From: Desulfosoma sp.
Lineage (GTDB): Bacteria; Desulfobacterota; Syntrophobacteria; Syntrophobacterales; DSM-9756
Direction: 5' to 3'
Length of the DNA: 64,000 bases
Assembly (NCBI GenBank): GCA_037481835.1
Contig: JBBFKW010000003.1
Location: 32,001-96,000 of the forward strand
A program made the position numbers and the translations under genes. Position 1 is the stretch's first letter. Every line of letters begins with the position of its first letter. Below are positions 39,897 through 49,534 of this stretch, piece after piece. Under the pieces are notes generated by a model, which searched no databases, was not told the DNA's origin, and saw nothing but the letters and a program-made list of their open reading frames with translations.

Positions 39897-41150
39897 ATGC
39901 TGCCTGATGGAAAGGACCTTCGCATGTTAGCGACCCCCCAGGAAAACGACTACGAAAACCTTCAGTGCACTCCCTACGAATTGGAAAAACCCACTCAAGG
40001 CTGGACGCGTTTGGCCCAGATGACCGAAGAATCGGAGCCGCTTTTCGAGAGCACCTGGTTTCTCGAGGGGTACAATTTTTCTTCCAACATCTACATCGTC
40101 CAGGATGACGGTCTCACCGTCATTGACCCGGGAAACGACTACACAGCCTATCTCCAGTTTTTCGACTTGGGACTGGACCCGGCTTCCGTCACACGGGTCG
40201 TCATTACCCACGGGCATTTCGATCATGCCATGGGCGTCCTGGAACTGTGCAATTACCGGGGGATCCGCGAAAAGAAGACGATGGAGATCGTCATGCACGA
40301 AGCCGGCCCGGAAGAGCTCAAGAAGAACCTGGAGCCTTTGGGTTTTCCCGTGCGTTTTGTCCAGGGTGGGGAAACCCTTCACACGGGCCGGTTTGCTCTG
40401 GAGGTGGTCCATACCCCGGGCCATACCTTCGACGGGATCTGCCTTTACCACAAGGATTCGAAAAGCCTCTTCAGCGGGGATGCCGTGCTCCCCCACGGCC
40501 TTTCGGCGCCGGACAAGCACGGCGGCGGACGCCTGGACCACATGCTCCAGGCCTTCAGAACCCTGCGACGCATGGATATCGCCCATGTCCTTCCCGGGCA
40601 TGGGTGGCCGGTTTTCGGTTTGGGCCCGAGGCTCTTGGAGGCCAGCTACGAGGAAATGATCAAGCACCTGCTGGGGGTGAGTCGGGAGGTTTCCTGCGAG
40701 GAGGCCGCCCGGCACCTGATCGGCAAAGGCTGTCTGGAAGAAGCCTTGTACTGCGCCGAAAAGTCCATCCGCTGCAATCCGGGGGACGCTTCGGCCTTGC
40801 GCGTGAAGGTCCTGTGCCTGAACGACATGGGCCGGTTCGACGAGGCCCTGCAAACCCTCGAGGGGCTGCAGGCAATCCTCCCGGGCTCGCACCAAGACGA
40901 CGAGGGGCGCTTCCAAGCCCTCGCCCGCGGTTATGCTCTCATGGGCTTGGGACGCTACGAAGAGGCCGTCACCGCTTTCGATGAAGTGCTCCGTCGCCAT
41001 GGGGACGTGAAGGAAGCCCAGATCTACAAGGGGATGGCCTTGTACCTTTCGGGGCGCCAAGACGATGCCATGGACATTGAGCCTTTCCGAAGCGAATTCG
41101 TGGGGCGGTTCAAAGAGGAGCTGATGCAGAAGGTATCGCAAAAGGATTGA
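39897..41150 (+). CDS. Metallo-beta-lactamase-fold hydrolase with C-terminal TPR repeats
   Basis: IDPG, THGHFDH, HTPGHT, FSGD, PGHG; TPR-like GRFDEAL, GRYEEAV. Confidence 0.88.
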   Translation: MLPDGKDLRMLATPQENDYENLQCTPYELEKPTQGWTRLAQMTEESEPLFESTWFLEGYNFSSNIYIVQDDGLTVIDPGNDYTAYLQFFDLGLDPASVTRVVITHGHFDHAMGVLELCNYRGIREKKTMEIVMHEAGPEELKKNLEPLGFPVRFVQGGETLHTGRFALEVVHTPGHTFDGICLYHKDSKSLFSGDAVLPHGLSAPDKHGGGRLDHMLQAFRTLRRMDIAHVLPGHGWPVFGLGPRLLEASYEEMIKHLLGVSREVSCEEAARHLIGKGCLEEALYCAEKSIRCNPGDASALRVKVLCLNDMGRFDEALQTLEGLQAILPGSHQDDEGRFQALARGYALMGLGRYEEAVTAFDEVLRRHGDVKEAQIYKGMALYLSGRQDDAMDIEPFRSEFVGRFKEELMQKVSQKD

Positions 41151-41249
41151 GCCGACTCGAAAGAGAAGGCTCCGGCGCTCGCTTTTCTCAGCAAGCTTCC
41201 GCGGTGCTCGAGGCCCTGGGCGGCCTCGGGGCGGCGGTGTGAAGAAAAG

Positions 41250-41699
41250 ATGGCATCCAAAAAGGAACCCTCAAAGGTCTTCTTGTGGGTTTCCCGCGAA
41301 GAGGTCCGTCTCCACGCGCTCGAAGCCCTGGCTCAAGTGGGGGCGCAGACGGAGAGCGTTGAAAGCTTGTCGGCTCTTCTGGAACGCCTCGGGGGTGTCG
41401 GTCGCGCCATCGTGATCCTTGACAGCGGGTCGATCCACCATCACGGCCCCACGATCTACGGGCGCATTCGTGCGGCGTGCAAGAGTTGCCGCCTCATCGT
41501 CTTGTGCGCCCAGGACTCCCGCGGGCTGATCCGCGAGGCCATGGAAGCCGGGGTGTACGGCTGCGTCGTCGAACCCTACGCCCCTTGGGAAATCCAGACC
41601 ATGGTCCGCCACATCCTCGCCGATTTCGACCATGAAGTCGTGAGCGCCACCAAGCCCCTCCCCAAGAGCAAAGCCGCGGACGAAATGCCCCACCGTTGA
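41250..41699 (+). CDS. Atypical stand-alone receiver-like protein
   Basis: IVILD, LIVLCA, EAMEAGVYGCVVEPY; lacks the acidic pair and conserved Lys. Confidence 0.6.
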   Translation: MASKKEPSKVFLWVSREEVRLHALEALAQVGAQTESVESLSALLERLGGVGRAIVILDSGSIHHHGPTIYGRIRAACKSCRLIVLCAQDSRGLIREAMEAGVYGCVVEPYAPWEIQTMVRHILADFDHEVVSATKPLPKSKAADEMPHR

Positions 41700-41750
41700 G
41701 CCGGATCTTCCGCCCAACCACCCGTCATCAACCGTGTCTAGAAGAGTTTT

Positions 41751-41954
41751 GTTGGGGTTCGCTGCGCTCACCCCAACCTACGGGTTTGTTGTCGGGCGGC
41801 GGGATGAACATGTACGTTGGGACTGGCGGCGCTCACCCCAACCTGCAGCTCAAGCGCGATGCTGCGCAATTTTTGTTGGGGTTCGCTGCGCTCACCCCAA
41901 CCTACGGGTTTGTTGTGGAAGATGTAGGTTGGGGTGAGCGGAGCGAACCCCAAC
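41751..41954. repeat. Cluster of four GTAG-type REP-like palindromes
   Basis: 41751-41781 and 41875-41905 are identical (GTTGGGGTTCGCTGCGCTCACCCCAACCTAC); 41816-41846 degenerate; 41924-41954 inverted (GTAGGTTGGGGTGAGCG..CGAACCCCAAC). Confidence 0.85.
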
Positions 41955-41999
41955 GCACAACAGGCTCGAGCATGGTTTTTTTCGCAGGAGGGGAGCCTG

Positions 42000-42028
42000 A
42001 AAAAAAGGGGCGGGAAAGATCCCGCCCC
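42000..42028 (-). terminator. Rho-independent terminator after aor
   Basis: GGGGCGGGA-aaga-TCCCGCCCC with A7 run (U-tract on minus strand). Confidence 0.8.
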
Positions 42029-42051
42029 ATGTCCCAAGGCCGTGCAAAGGC

Positions 42052-43788
42052 CTACCAGTTGAAGACTTTGTCCAGTTCTTCATCCGGGACGTCAAAGACG
42101 ACGTTGTGGGGCGGCAGGGCTTCTTTCTTGAAATAATCGGGCAGTCGGTCGTCCTTGGACGTGAAGCCCGCCCGCAGATTGAAGTCCCTTTCCATGGACA
42201 GGACCTTCTTGCCCAGGGCGGCCACATCGTCTGCGGTCATGTTGAGCCCGTAGAAGGCGTTGATCATGTCCACCAGGGCCTGGAACGTGTCAGGTTGATC
42301 GAGGAGGGCGAAGGCGATGAACAGGCACATGCCGGTGGAGTCGATGGCGGCCGTGGCGATTTGGAGATTGCGCGACAGCTCCACCTGACCCTGGGGCGAC
42401 AGGGGATCCACATCCCCGCCCACTTTGAGGATGTTGGTGGCCACAGCGTATCCCGCCGTGTGATCCGCCCCCATGGTGCTGGTGGCGTAGGTGACCCCGA
42501 TACCCTTGACGGCCCGCGGGTCGTAGGCGGGCATGGCTTGGCCCTTCACCACGGGGACGCGTTCCACACCGAAGACTTTGCCGGTTACGGCCGCGCCGCT
42601 TCCCAGGATGCGGCCGAGGGGCGTGCCTTTGCCCACTTCCTTGACGAGTTCGATGGCCGCCTGGGCATCGCCGAACTTGGCCAGGCCGGCTTCCATGGCC
42701 ACACCGATGGTGGCTCCCATTTCGATGGTGTCGAGGCCGATGTCATCGTCAAGGAAATCGATTTGAGCGATGGCGTCCAGATCGTCGATGCCGCAGTTTC
42801 CCCCGTGGGCCCACACGGTTTCGTATTCCGGCTGCTTGCTGATGTAGTTGCCGTCTTTGTCCACGTAGATGCCCGAACAGCGAATGACACAGCCCCGATG
42901 ACAGCCGTGGGTGGGATTGCCGCCCCGGGCCTTTTCCGTTTCCGCCTGGGTTTCCCCGCTGATCTTGGCGGCTCCGGCGAACCGGCCCTCCTTGAAATTG
43001 TACGTCGGGTACGCCCCCGCTTCGTTGATGACGTTAGTGAGCACATTGGTCCCGTAGGCAGGGAGCCCCTGGCCTGTCACGGGGTGGCGCCTCAGACCTT
43101 CCACGAAGCGTTTGTTGGCGTCCTTGAATTTTTCCGGATCCTTGGGCGAGCGCATCTTGACGCCGGTGTCGTCGAGCACGATGAGCTTGACGCCTTTGGA
43201 CCCCATGACGGCACCCACGCCGCCCCGGCCCGCATGGCGCGTAGGACGAAGCTCGGGATCCGTGCAGGCCACCGAGGCCCCTGCCAGTTTCATCTCGCCC
43301 GCCTGGCCGATGGAGATGCAGGCGATCTTGTCGCCGTATTCCTCCTTGGCTTTTTCCACGGTCTTGTAGTTGCCGAGCCCTTTGAGGTCGTTGGCCGGAA
43401 GAACCTTCACGCCTTCTTGATTGATGACGATCTTGTAGAGCGTGTCATCCTTGGGCTTGCCTTCCAGGACGATGGCGGCGTAGCCCAGTCGCCCGAGCAC
43501 CTGGGCGGGTTGACCGCCGGCATTGGCTTCCTTGATGCCTCCCGTAAGGGGGCTCTTGCAGCCCACGGATATCCGCCCCGTCATGGCCCCCGTGGTGCCA
43601 CTCAAGAGCCCCGGCGCGATGACCAGCTTGTTTTCGGCACTCAGGGGATGGCACGTGGGCGGCACCTCCTTGGACACGATGGCCGACGTCATGGCCCGGC
43701 CGCCCAAACCCGCGTACTCTCCCAGAGGTTCCACGCGCACCTTGGGCCCGCCGTCCGCTCCCATATCCACGCGCAAGATCTTATCCAT
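42052..43788 (-). CDS. aor: Tungsten-type aldehyde:ferredoxin oxidoreductase
   Basis: KSPLTGGIKE.NAGG, AGRGG.GAVMGSK, CHRGCVIRC, PEYET, DDIGLDTIE, AYDPR..KG.G.TYATS.MGADH. Confidence 0.93.
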   Translation of the reverse strand: MDKILRVDMGADGGPKVRVEPLGEYAGLGGRAMTSAIVSKEVPPTCHPLSAENKLVIAPGLLSGTTGAMTGRISVGCKSPLTGGIKEANAGGQPAQVLGRLGYAAIVLEGKPKDDTLYKIVINQEGVKVLPANDLKGLGNYKTVEKAKEEYGDKIACISIGQAGEMKLAGASVACTDPELRPTRHAGRGGVGAVMGSKGVKLIVLDDTGVKMRSPKDPEKFKDANKRFVEGLRRHPVTGQGLPAYGTNVLTNVINEAGAYPTYNFKEGRFAGAAKISGETQAETEKARGGNPTHGCHRGCVIRCSGIYVDKDGNYISKQPEYETVWAHGGNCGIDDLDAIAQIDFLDDDIGLDTIEMGATIGVAMEAGLAKFGDAQAAIELVKEVGKGTPLGRILGSGAAVTGKVFGVERVPVVKGQAMPAYDPRAVKGIGVTYATSTMGADHTAGYAVATNILKVGGDVDPLSPQGQVELSRNLQIATAAIDSTGMCLFIAFALLDQPDTFQALVDMINAFYGLNMTADDVAALGKKVLSMERDFNLRAGFTSKDDRLPDYFKKEALPPHNVVFDVPDEELDKVFNW

Positions 43789-44080
43789 AGCTTTCTCTCC
43801 TCCTTGTCAGTTCACGAAGCCCTTCCTCGATTTCTTCGGGCCGATAGCCCACAACCACCCGATCGCCCAAAACCAGCGTGGGAAACGTGCACGCCGGATT
43901 CTTCCGCTTCAGGGCATCCAGGGCCAGGGATCGTTCCTCCCCGGTCAAGAGGTCCACGTGATGGATTTCAAAGGAAACGCCGCGATCGTGCAAATACTCC
44001 TTGAGGCGCCGGCAATGGGGACAGGTGAGCAGCGCATAGAGGACCACTTCCGGACGGCCGTTGCGCATTGCATCCAACAT
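43781..44080 (-). CDS. Glutaredoxin/NrdH-like protein
   Basis: YALLTCPHC, NPACTFPTLV, VVGY; AAGGAGG SD; overlaps aor start. Confidence 0.85.
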   Translation of the reverse strand: MLDAMRNGRPEVVLYALLTCPHCRRLKEYLHDRGVSFEIHHVDLLTGEERSLALDALKRKNPACTFPTLVLGDRVVVGYRPEEIEEGLRELTRRRESYG

Positions 44081-44354
44081 GAGAACACCTCCTTCGGCAG
44101 CGCCCGTGCATCGCTCCACGAGGGTTCCCGCCGTCTTTTTCCCCTCATGCTTGTCTTTCAAATCATATTTTCCTTCGCCTGTAAAGATTTGTGCGAAAGC
44201 TTCCGGTTCGGGACATCGGCCCGTGACAAGACGACATCCCCGGTCCTTGGGGGAAGGGGGACCGGGGATGCGGTCAAGGCGCGCCGGCGGAGGCTTGATC
44301 GGGTGTGATGACAGCGTGAACGGGGAAAGCCGGCGCGCGGGGCGGCTCCACTTC

Positions 44355-45521
44355 TTAAAGAGCGTTCTTGTAGATTTGGATGACGTCCTCAAGCGTCGGG
44401 CATCGAGGATTGGTCAAGCCGCAGGCGTCCTTCTGGGCGTTTTGGGCCATAATGGGAATGTCTTGCTCCTTCACGCCCAGTTCGCTCAAACCGCGAGGGA
44501 TTCCCACGTCCCGGGATAGGGTGACGATGGCTTCCAAAGCCCTTTCTGCAGCGCATCGCGTGGACAGCCCGGCGATGTTTTCCCCCAAGGCCACGGCGAT
44601 ATCGGCAAACCGCTCCATTTTGGCGATCATGTTGAAACGTTCCACGTGGGGGAGCAAGATGGCGTTGCAGACTCCGTGAGGCAGATCGTAAAAGCCGCCC
44701 AGCTGGTGCGCCATGGCGTGGACATGGCCCAGGCTCGCGTTGTTGAAAGCCATGCCGGCCAGATATTCCGCGTAAGCCATTTTGTCCCGCGCTTCCACAT
44801 CGGCCCCGTTGGCCACCGCGGCCCGAAGATTTTCCGCGATGAGTTCGATGGCCTTCAGCGCACAAGCGTCGGTGACAGGGGTGGCGATGGTGGACACGTA
44901 GGCCTCCACGGCGTGAGTGAGGGCATCCATGCCTGTGGCGGCGGTGAGGGCGGGGGGCATGCCCATCATGAGCAAGGGGTCGTTGATAGCCACGTTGGGA
45001 GTGACCCTCCAGTCCACAATGGCCATTTTCACCTTGGTGTCCGTGTTGGTGATGATACAAAAACGGGTCATTTCACTGGCCGTGCCGGCCGTCGTATTCA
45101 CGGCGATGAAGGGCGGCATGGCCTTGGAGGACTTGTCGATGCCTTCGTAATCGCGGATGTGGCCCCCGTTGGTCGCCACGATGCCGATACCCTTGGCGCA
45201 GTCGTGGGCGCTGCCGCCGCCAAGGGAAATGATCAGATCGCAGCGGTTGTCCTGATAGACCTTCAGGCCGTCATGGACATTGACGTCCGTCGGGTTGGGG
45301 ACGGTCTCATCGAAGACCACCACATCCAATCCCGTGTCCTTCTTGATAAGCTTGATGATTTCATCCGCGATGCCCGCAGACACGATCCCCTTGTCCGTGC
45401 ACAAGAAGGGCTTTTTCCCGCCCAAGACCTGGATTTGACGGCCGATTTCCTTGTGCGCTCCAATGCCCATCAAGGTGACCGTGGGAATGAAAAACCCGTA
45501 GACCTGCTCTCTCACCGCCAT
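44355..45521 (-). CDS. adh: Iron-containing alcohol dehydrogenase
   Basis: GGGSAHD.AK, NTTAGTASE.T, GMDALTHAVE, AFNNASLG.VHAMAHQLGG, HGVCNA. Confidence 0.93.
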   Translation of the reverse strand: MAVREQVYGFFIPTVTLMGIGAHKEIGRQIQVLGGKKPFLCTDKGIVSAGIADEIIKLIKKDTGLDVVVFDETVPNPTDVNVHDGLKVYQDNRCDLIISLGGGSAHDCAKGIGIVATNGGHIRDYEGIDKSSKAMPPFIAVNTTAGTASEMTRFCIITNTDTKVKMAIVDWRVTPNVAINDPLLMMGMPPALTAATGMDALTHAVEAYVSTIATPVTDACALKAIELIAENLRAAVANGADVEARDKMAYAEYLAGMAFNNASLGHVHAMAHQLGGFYDLPHGVCNAILLPHVERFNMIAKMERFADIAVALGENIAGLSTRCAAERALEAIVTLSRDVGIPRGLSELGVKEQDIPIMAQNAQKDACGLTNPRCPTLEDVIQIYKNAL

Positions 45522-45599
45522 GACTGACCTCCTTACCCATATGTCGATCCTGAAAAGTCCCTGCGCCCTTCCCTATGAAGGCGCGCACAAACCCCAGGA

Positions 45600-45614
45600 T
45601 CAATTTCGGTGCCA
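45600..45614 (-). promoter_or_regulatory. Candidate sigma54 promoter of adh-grx-aor
   Basis: TGGCAC-CGAAA-TTGA on minus strand, 79 nt upstream of adh; palindromic GGGGCGTTTTGTCCCC (45775-45790) further upstream as possible UAS. Confidence 0.62.
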
Positions 45615-45849
45615 GTCCGAAAAACAAGGAGATAACAATAGATTCGATCGCCGAAGGGTCGAAGCGCCCCCCTGGATTGGGTCTTTTCGCCGCACGCCCG
45701 AACCTCCCCAAGGGGCACGGCGAGTCGGATAAACGCAGGGTAGTAAAGGCATAGAAAAGAGGAAAGCTCTCTATGGGGCGTTTTGTCCCCTGGTCATGCC
45801 CTTGTGGGTCACAACGACACATTGAGAGCCGTGGGCACGATGGGCGGGT

Positions 45850-47193
45850 TTATTCTTCCAGACCGTAGGCTTTAATCTTGCGGTAGAGGGTCTTTCGACT
45901 GATCCCGAGCGCCCGTGCCGCGTCGCTTCGATTCCCGGAAAAGAGGGCCAAGGCCTTTTGAATGTGCAGGCGTTCCACCTCGTGAAGAGGGAGGCATCTG
46001 CGTGGATCGGCCCCGTATGGCCGTAGGTCGCCCGTCAGTTCCCGAGGCAGGCTGTGGGGCAGGATCACGGTGCTTTCCGAAAGGATTATGCACCGTTCCA
46101 GCACGTTTCGCAGTTCTCGAACATTGCCGGGCCAGTCGTAGGCCATGAGATGCACCAAAGTTTCGTCGGCAAGACGGTAAGGATGAGCCGGGGGACTCAA
46201 AAGGCCGAGGAGGTGCTCCACAAGGACCGGGATGTCCTCCCGCCGTTCCCGAAGTGGCGGCAAATGAAGGTGAAAGACGTTGAGTCGATGGTACAGGGCT
46301 TCATGGAATCGGCCCGCCCGCATCTCCGCCGAAAGGTCCCGATGGGTCGCGAAAAGAAAGCGCACATCCACGCTGCGCTCCTGCTGTTCGCCCACGCGCC
46401 GAAACTTCTTGGTTTCCAGCAAGCGCAGCAGCGCGCCCTGGAGTTCCAGGGGCATGTCCCCGATTTCGTCAAGGAAGAGGGTCCCGCCTTCCGCCAAACT
46501 CACGAGACCCTCCCGGGTTTCCAGCGCCCCAGTAAAAGCCCCCTTCACGTATCCGAAAAGTTCGCTGCGCAAAAGATCCTTTTGCAGAGACGCACAGTTC
46601 TTGACGATGAAAGGCCCCTTGGCGCGCCCGCTCAGGGCATGGATGTTCCGGGCCGCCACGTCCTTCCCCGTGCCCGATTCCCCCGTAATGAGTACCGAGG
46701 TGTCATGGGGGGCCACTTTTTCGATGAGCTTGATAATGCGGCGTATCGCCTCGGAACGGCCGACGAGCCGTGGGGCCTCGGCGCCTTTTTGTCCCTCGAG
46801 CAGCCGTCGGTTATGTTTTTTGAGGCACACCCGTTCATAGGCTTTGTCCAAGACCACATCCAGCCGTTCCAGGTTGAAAGGCTTGGTAATGTAGTCGTAG
46901 GCGCCCATTTTCATGGCCTTAAGGGCGCTTTCCACGGTCCCGTAGCCGGTGATCATGATGACTTCGGCGTCGGGGAGTTTTTCCTTCAGGGAATTCAAAA
47001 GATCCAGCCCGTCGCCGTCCGGGAGGCGAATGTCGGCGACGATCACGTCGAAGGTTTCGCGATCTGCCATGGCCAAAGCGGCGACCGCGCTTTCCGCCGT
47101 GGCGATGTGACGGTGTGGAGCGGCCAATTCCCTTTCCGCAAGTTTGCGGATGGATGCTTCGTCGTCGATGACAAGAACGCGCATGGGAGTCAT
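45850..47193 (-). CDS. NtrC-family sigma54 response regulator
   Basis: IDDE..D.RLPD..TG..KPF receiver; GESGTGKD, GAFTGA, DWPGNVREL, HTH. Confidence 0.92.
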   Translation of the reverse strand: MTPMRVLVIDDEASIRKLAERELAAPHRHIATAESAVAALAMADRETFDVIVADIRLPDGDGLDLLNSLKEKLPDAEVIMITGYGTVESALKAMKMGAYDYITKPFNLERLDVVLDKAYERVCLKKHNRRLLEGQKGAEAPRLVGRSEAIRRIIKLIEKVAPHDTSVLITGESGTGKDVAARNIHALSGRAKGPFIVKNCASLQKDLLRSELFGYVKGAFTGALETREGLVSLAEGGTLFLDEIGDMPLELQGALLRLLETKKFRRVGEQQERSVDVRFLFATHRDLSAEMRAGRFHEALYHRLNVFHLHLPPLRERREDIPVLVEHLLGLLSPPAHPYRLADETLVHLMAYDWPGNVRELRNVLERCIILSESTVILPHSLPRELTGDLRPYGADPRRCLPLHEVERLHIQKALALFSGNRSDAARALGISRKTLYRKIKAYGLEE

Positions 47194-48383
47194 GACATCT
47201 TCCCGAAAACGACTCGAAAGACGGATCCTTCCCCCTGTCGGCTTTCCACTTCGATGGAGGCGTCATGGGCTTGGGCGATGGTATAGCACATGGACAGGCC
47301 CATACCCGTGCCGCGACCGACGGGTTTGGTGGTGAAGAACGGATCGAAGATTTTGTCGAGATCCTTGGGGGCGATGCCACAGCCCGTGTCCCGGACTTCA
47401 AGGAACACGTGGTCTTCCCCGCGGATTCCCGTGCGTACGGTGATCGTCCCCTTCGTGTCGGCCACGGCGTCAATGGCGTTGAGCAGCAGGTTGAGCAGGA
47501 GCTGCTTGATTTCGGAAGGCGTCCCGCGAATGGGGGGCAGATTGGGTGCGCATTCCTGGTGTAGGCCGATGTGGGGATATTCTTTGAGTTTGTGCCGAAT
47601 CAAGCGCACCGTGTCCTGGACGCAGCCGTTCAAGTCCACTGCGATCATGGTCCCTGAATGGGGGCGACTAAAGCTGAGGAGGCCCTGGACGATCTCCTGG
47701 CACCGGGCGCATTCGTCCAGGATGATCCCCATGTATTCTTCCAAGTCGGATCCAAAGTCTTCAGGGAGCCGATCCCGGACTTCAGGCAGCCGCTTTTTGA
47801 TGGCCTGAGCAAAGCCCAGGATGGCTGTCAGGGGATTGTTGATTTCGTGGGCCACGCCCGCAGCCAACAACCCGACCGTGGACATCTTTTCCGCGTGGTT
47901 CAACTTCGCCTGGTATTCGCGCTCGAGGGTGACGTCCCTTTTCAAGAGGAGGACATGGCAAGGGCGTCCTTGGGAATCCCTGAGGGGCGACGCCGTGATC
48001 TCAAAATGACGGGTCACGTCCCCCACCTTGTAGATGTGTTCCTGGCGGCACAGCCGGTTGGTGCGGAAGGCGATTTCCGCAGGACAGGGGCGGCACGGTT
48101 CTTCCTGCTTTCGAAATACCCTGTAACACGCCCGTCCCACGGGGGAGCTTTCTCCAAAGACGTCGTAATACACCCGATTGACGGAAGTAATGCGTCCTTT
48201 CGGCGTGATGACCGCCATAATGTCGGTGATGCCGTCCAGAATGGCTTGGATTTGCTGCCGCCGGCGCTCCAGTTCCACCGTGGAAGCGTGCAGCTGGGCG
48301 ATCTTTTCTTGGGCTTCTCGAAAAAAGCCCAGCTTGGAATATTCGATGCCGATGAGGTCTTCCAGCTTGGGAGGGGGTTTCAT
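47190..48383 (-). CDS. Cytoplasmic PAS sensor histidine kinase
   Basis: AGVAHEINNPL, NLLLNA.DA, DTGCGI, FDPFFTTK..G.GTGMGLS; ATG overlaps the upstream stop. Confidence 0.9.
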   Translation of the reverse strand: MKPPPKLEDLIGIEYSKLGFFREAQEKIAQLHASTVELERRRQQIQAILDGITDIMAVITPKGRITSVNRVYYDVFGESSPVGRACYRVFRKQEEPCRPCPAEIAFRTNRLCRQEHIYKVGDVTRHFEITASPLRDSQGRPCHVLLLKRDVTLEREYQAKLNHAEKMSTVGLLAAGVAHEINNPLTAILGFAQAIKKRLPEVRDRLPEDFGSDLEEYMGIILDECARCQEIVQGLLSFSRPHSGTMIAVDLNGCVQDTVRLIRHKLKEYPHIGLHQECAPNLPPIRGTPSEIKQLLLNLLLNAIDAVADTKGTITVRTGIRGEDHVFLEVRDTGCGIAPKDLDKIFDPFFTTKPVGRGTGMGLSMCYTIAQAHDASIEVESRQGEGSVFRVVFGKMS

Positions 48384-49525
48384 CACCAAGCCTCCTCGCA
48401 GATGGACAAGAGATCCTCCCACGTGGCGGGTCTCGGGTTGGTGAGAAGGCACGCATCCTGGGCGGCCATGCGACATACCGTGGGCAGTTGGTCTCTGTCG
48501 GGGACCAGGTCGCGCAGGCGATGTTTCATGCCCAGAGAATGGAACAGGCTTCCCAGGTTTTCGATGCCCGCAAGAGCCGCCGCCCGCTCGTTGCGCCACT
48601 TTTTCCCGGTAAGAATTTTTCCGATTTGAGCCAATTTGGGCAAGGCATGGTCCAAGTTGAATCGCATCACGGCCGGCAGCAGCACCGAATGGACCTCGCC
48701 GTGGAGGATGTCGAACATGCCGCCCAGGGAATGGGCCAGAGCATGGTCCGCCCCCAAACTGGCGTTGCTGAAAGCCATGCCTGCCGCCGTGCTCGCGATG
48801 CTCAAGGGCTCCAAGACGTCCAGGGATGGTTCCTGGGCCGCTTGAGGCAGATGCGCGGCAATGATTTCGATGGCCTTGAGGGATTGCAGTTCGGTGAAAG
48901 GGGAGGCGATGACGGACACGTAAGATTCCACGGCATGGGCCAAGGCGTCGACGGCGGCGGCCAAGACGAGATGCTGGGGCTTGGTGACCAATAGCACCGG
49001 ATCGATGATGGAAATGTTGGGCACCAGGGTGCGGCTGACGATGGTCATTTTGAGACGCCGGCGCGTATCGGTGATGATGGCGAACTGCGATATGTCGGAT
49101 CCGCTTCCCGCCGTGGAAGGCAAAAAGACCATGGGAGGCAAGGGCCGGTGAATCCGGTTGGCTCCTTCGTAGTCGTGAATGGATCCGCCGTTTCCGGCCA
49201 CAATGGCGATCCCTTTGGCGGCGTCCATGGGACTGCCGCCCCCCAGGGCGATGATCACATCGGCCTTCTGTTCGGCATAGAACAAAGCGCCGTGGGCCAC
49301 CTGGGTGTCTCGGGGGTTGGAGACCACATCTTCGAAGTAGCACCATTGCAAGCCTTCCGCCGCAAGGACGTCGAAAAGGCGTGAGACCCACCCGGCTTCG
49401 CGAAGTCCGGGATCGCTCACCACCAAGGGCTTTTCAGCCCCGAGCCTTTTGGCGCAGAGCCCGGCGTATTTCAACGCGCCGCGCCCGAAGATGATTTCGG
49501 GAATGGAAAACTTGACGATGTCCAT
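48383..49525 (-). CDS. Iron-containing ADH-like protein, ErcA-type regulatory homolog
   Basis: KFSIPEIIFGRG, GGGSPMDAAK, TAGSGSDISQF, DALAHAVE, HALAHSLGG; translationally coupled to the kinase. Confidence 0.8.
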   Translation of the reverse strand: MDIVKFSIPEIIFGRGALKYAGLCAKRLGAEKPLVVSDPGLREAGWVSRLFDVLAAEGLQWCYFEDVVSNPRDTQVAHGALFYAEQKADVIIALGGGSPMDAAKGIAIVAGNGGSIHDYEGANRIHRPLPPMVFLPSTAGSGSDISQFAIITDTRRRLKMTIVSRTLVPNISIIDPVLLVTKPQHLVLAAAVDALAHAVESYVSVIASPFTELQSLKAIEIIAAHLPQAAQEPSLDVLEPLSIASTAAGMAFSNASLGADHALAHSLGGMFDILHGEVHSVLLPAVMRFNLDHALPKLAQIGKILTGKKWRNERAAALAGIENLGSLFHSLGMKHRLRDLVPDRDQLPTVCRMAAQDACLLTNPRPATWEDLLSICEEAW

Positions 49526-49534
49526 GACGTGTCC

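Noticed and set aside
41751..41954. Possible CRISPR array
   Set aside because: Repeats occur in both orientations with irregular spacing, are dispersed elsewhere in the window, and no cas genes are present; REP-like instead
41696..42136. Short ORFs across REP clusters (also 4746..5397, 62734..63173)
   Set aside because: Translations of the repeat itself (CWGSLRSPQP, VGVRCAHPNL); not credible genes
47190..49391. 733-aa kinase as listed in the ORF track
   Set aside because: The N-terminal part is an alternate frame over the ADH-like gene; the real start is ATG 48383. Similar over-extensions apply to 80..1459, 18416..19693, 29642..31726 and 50869..53190
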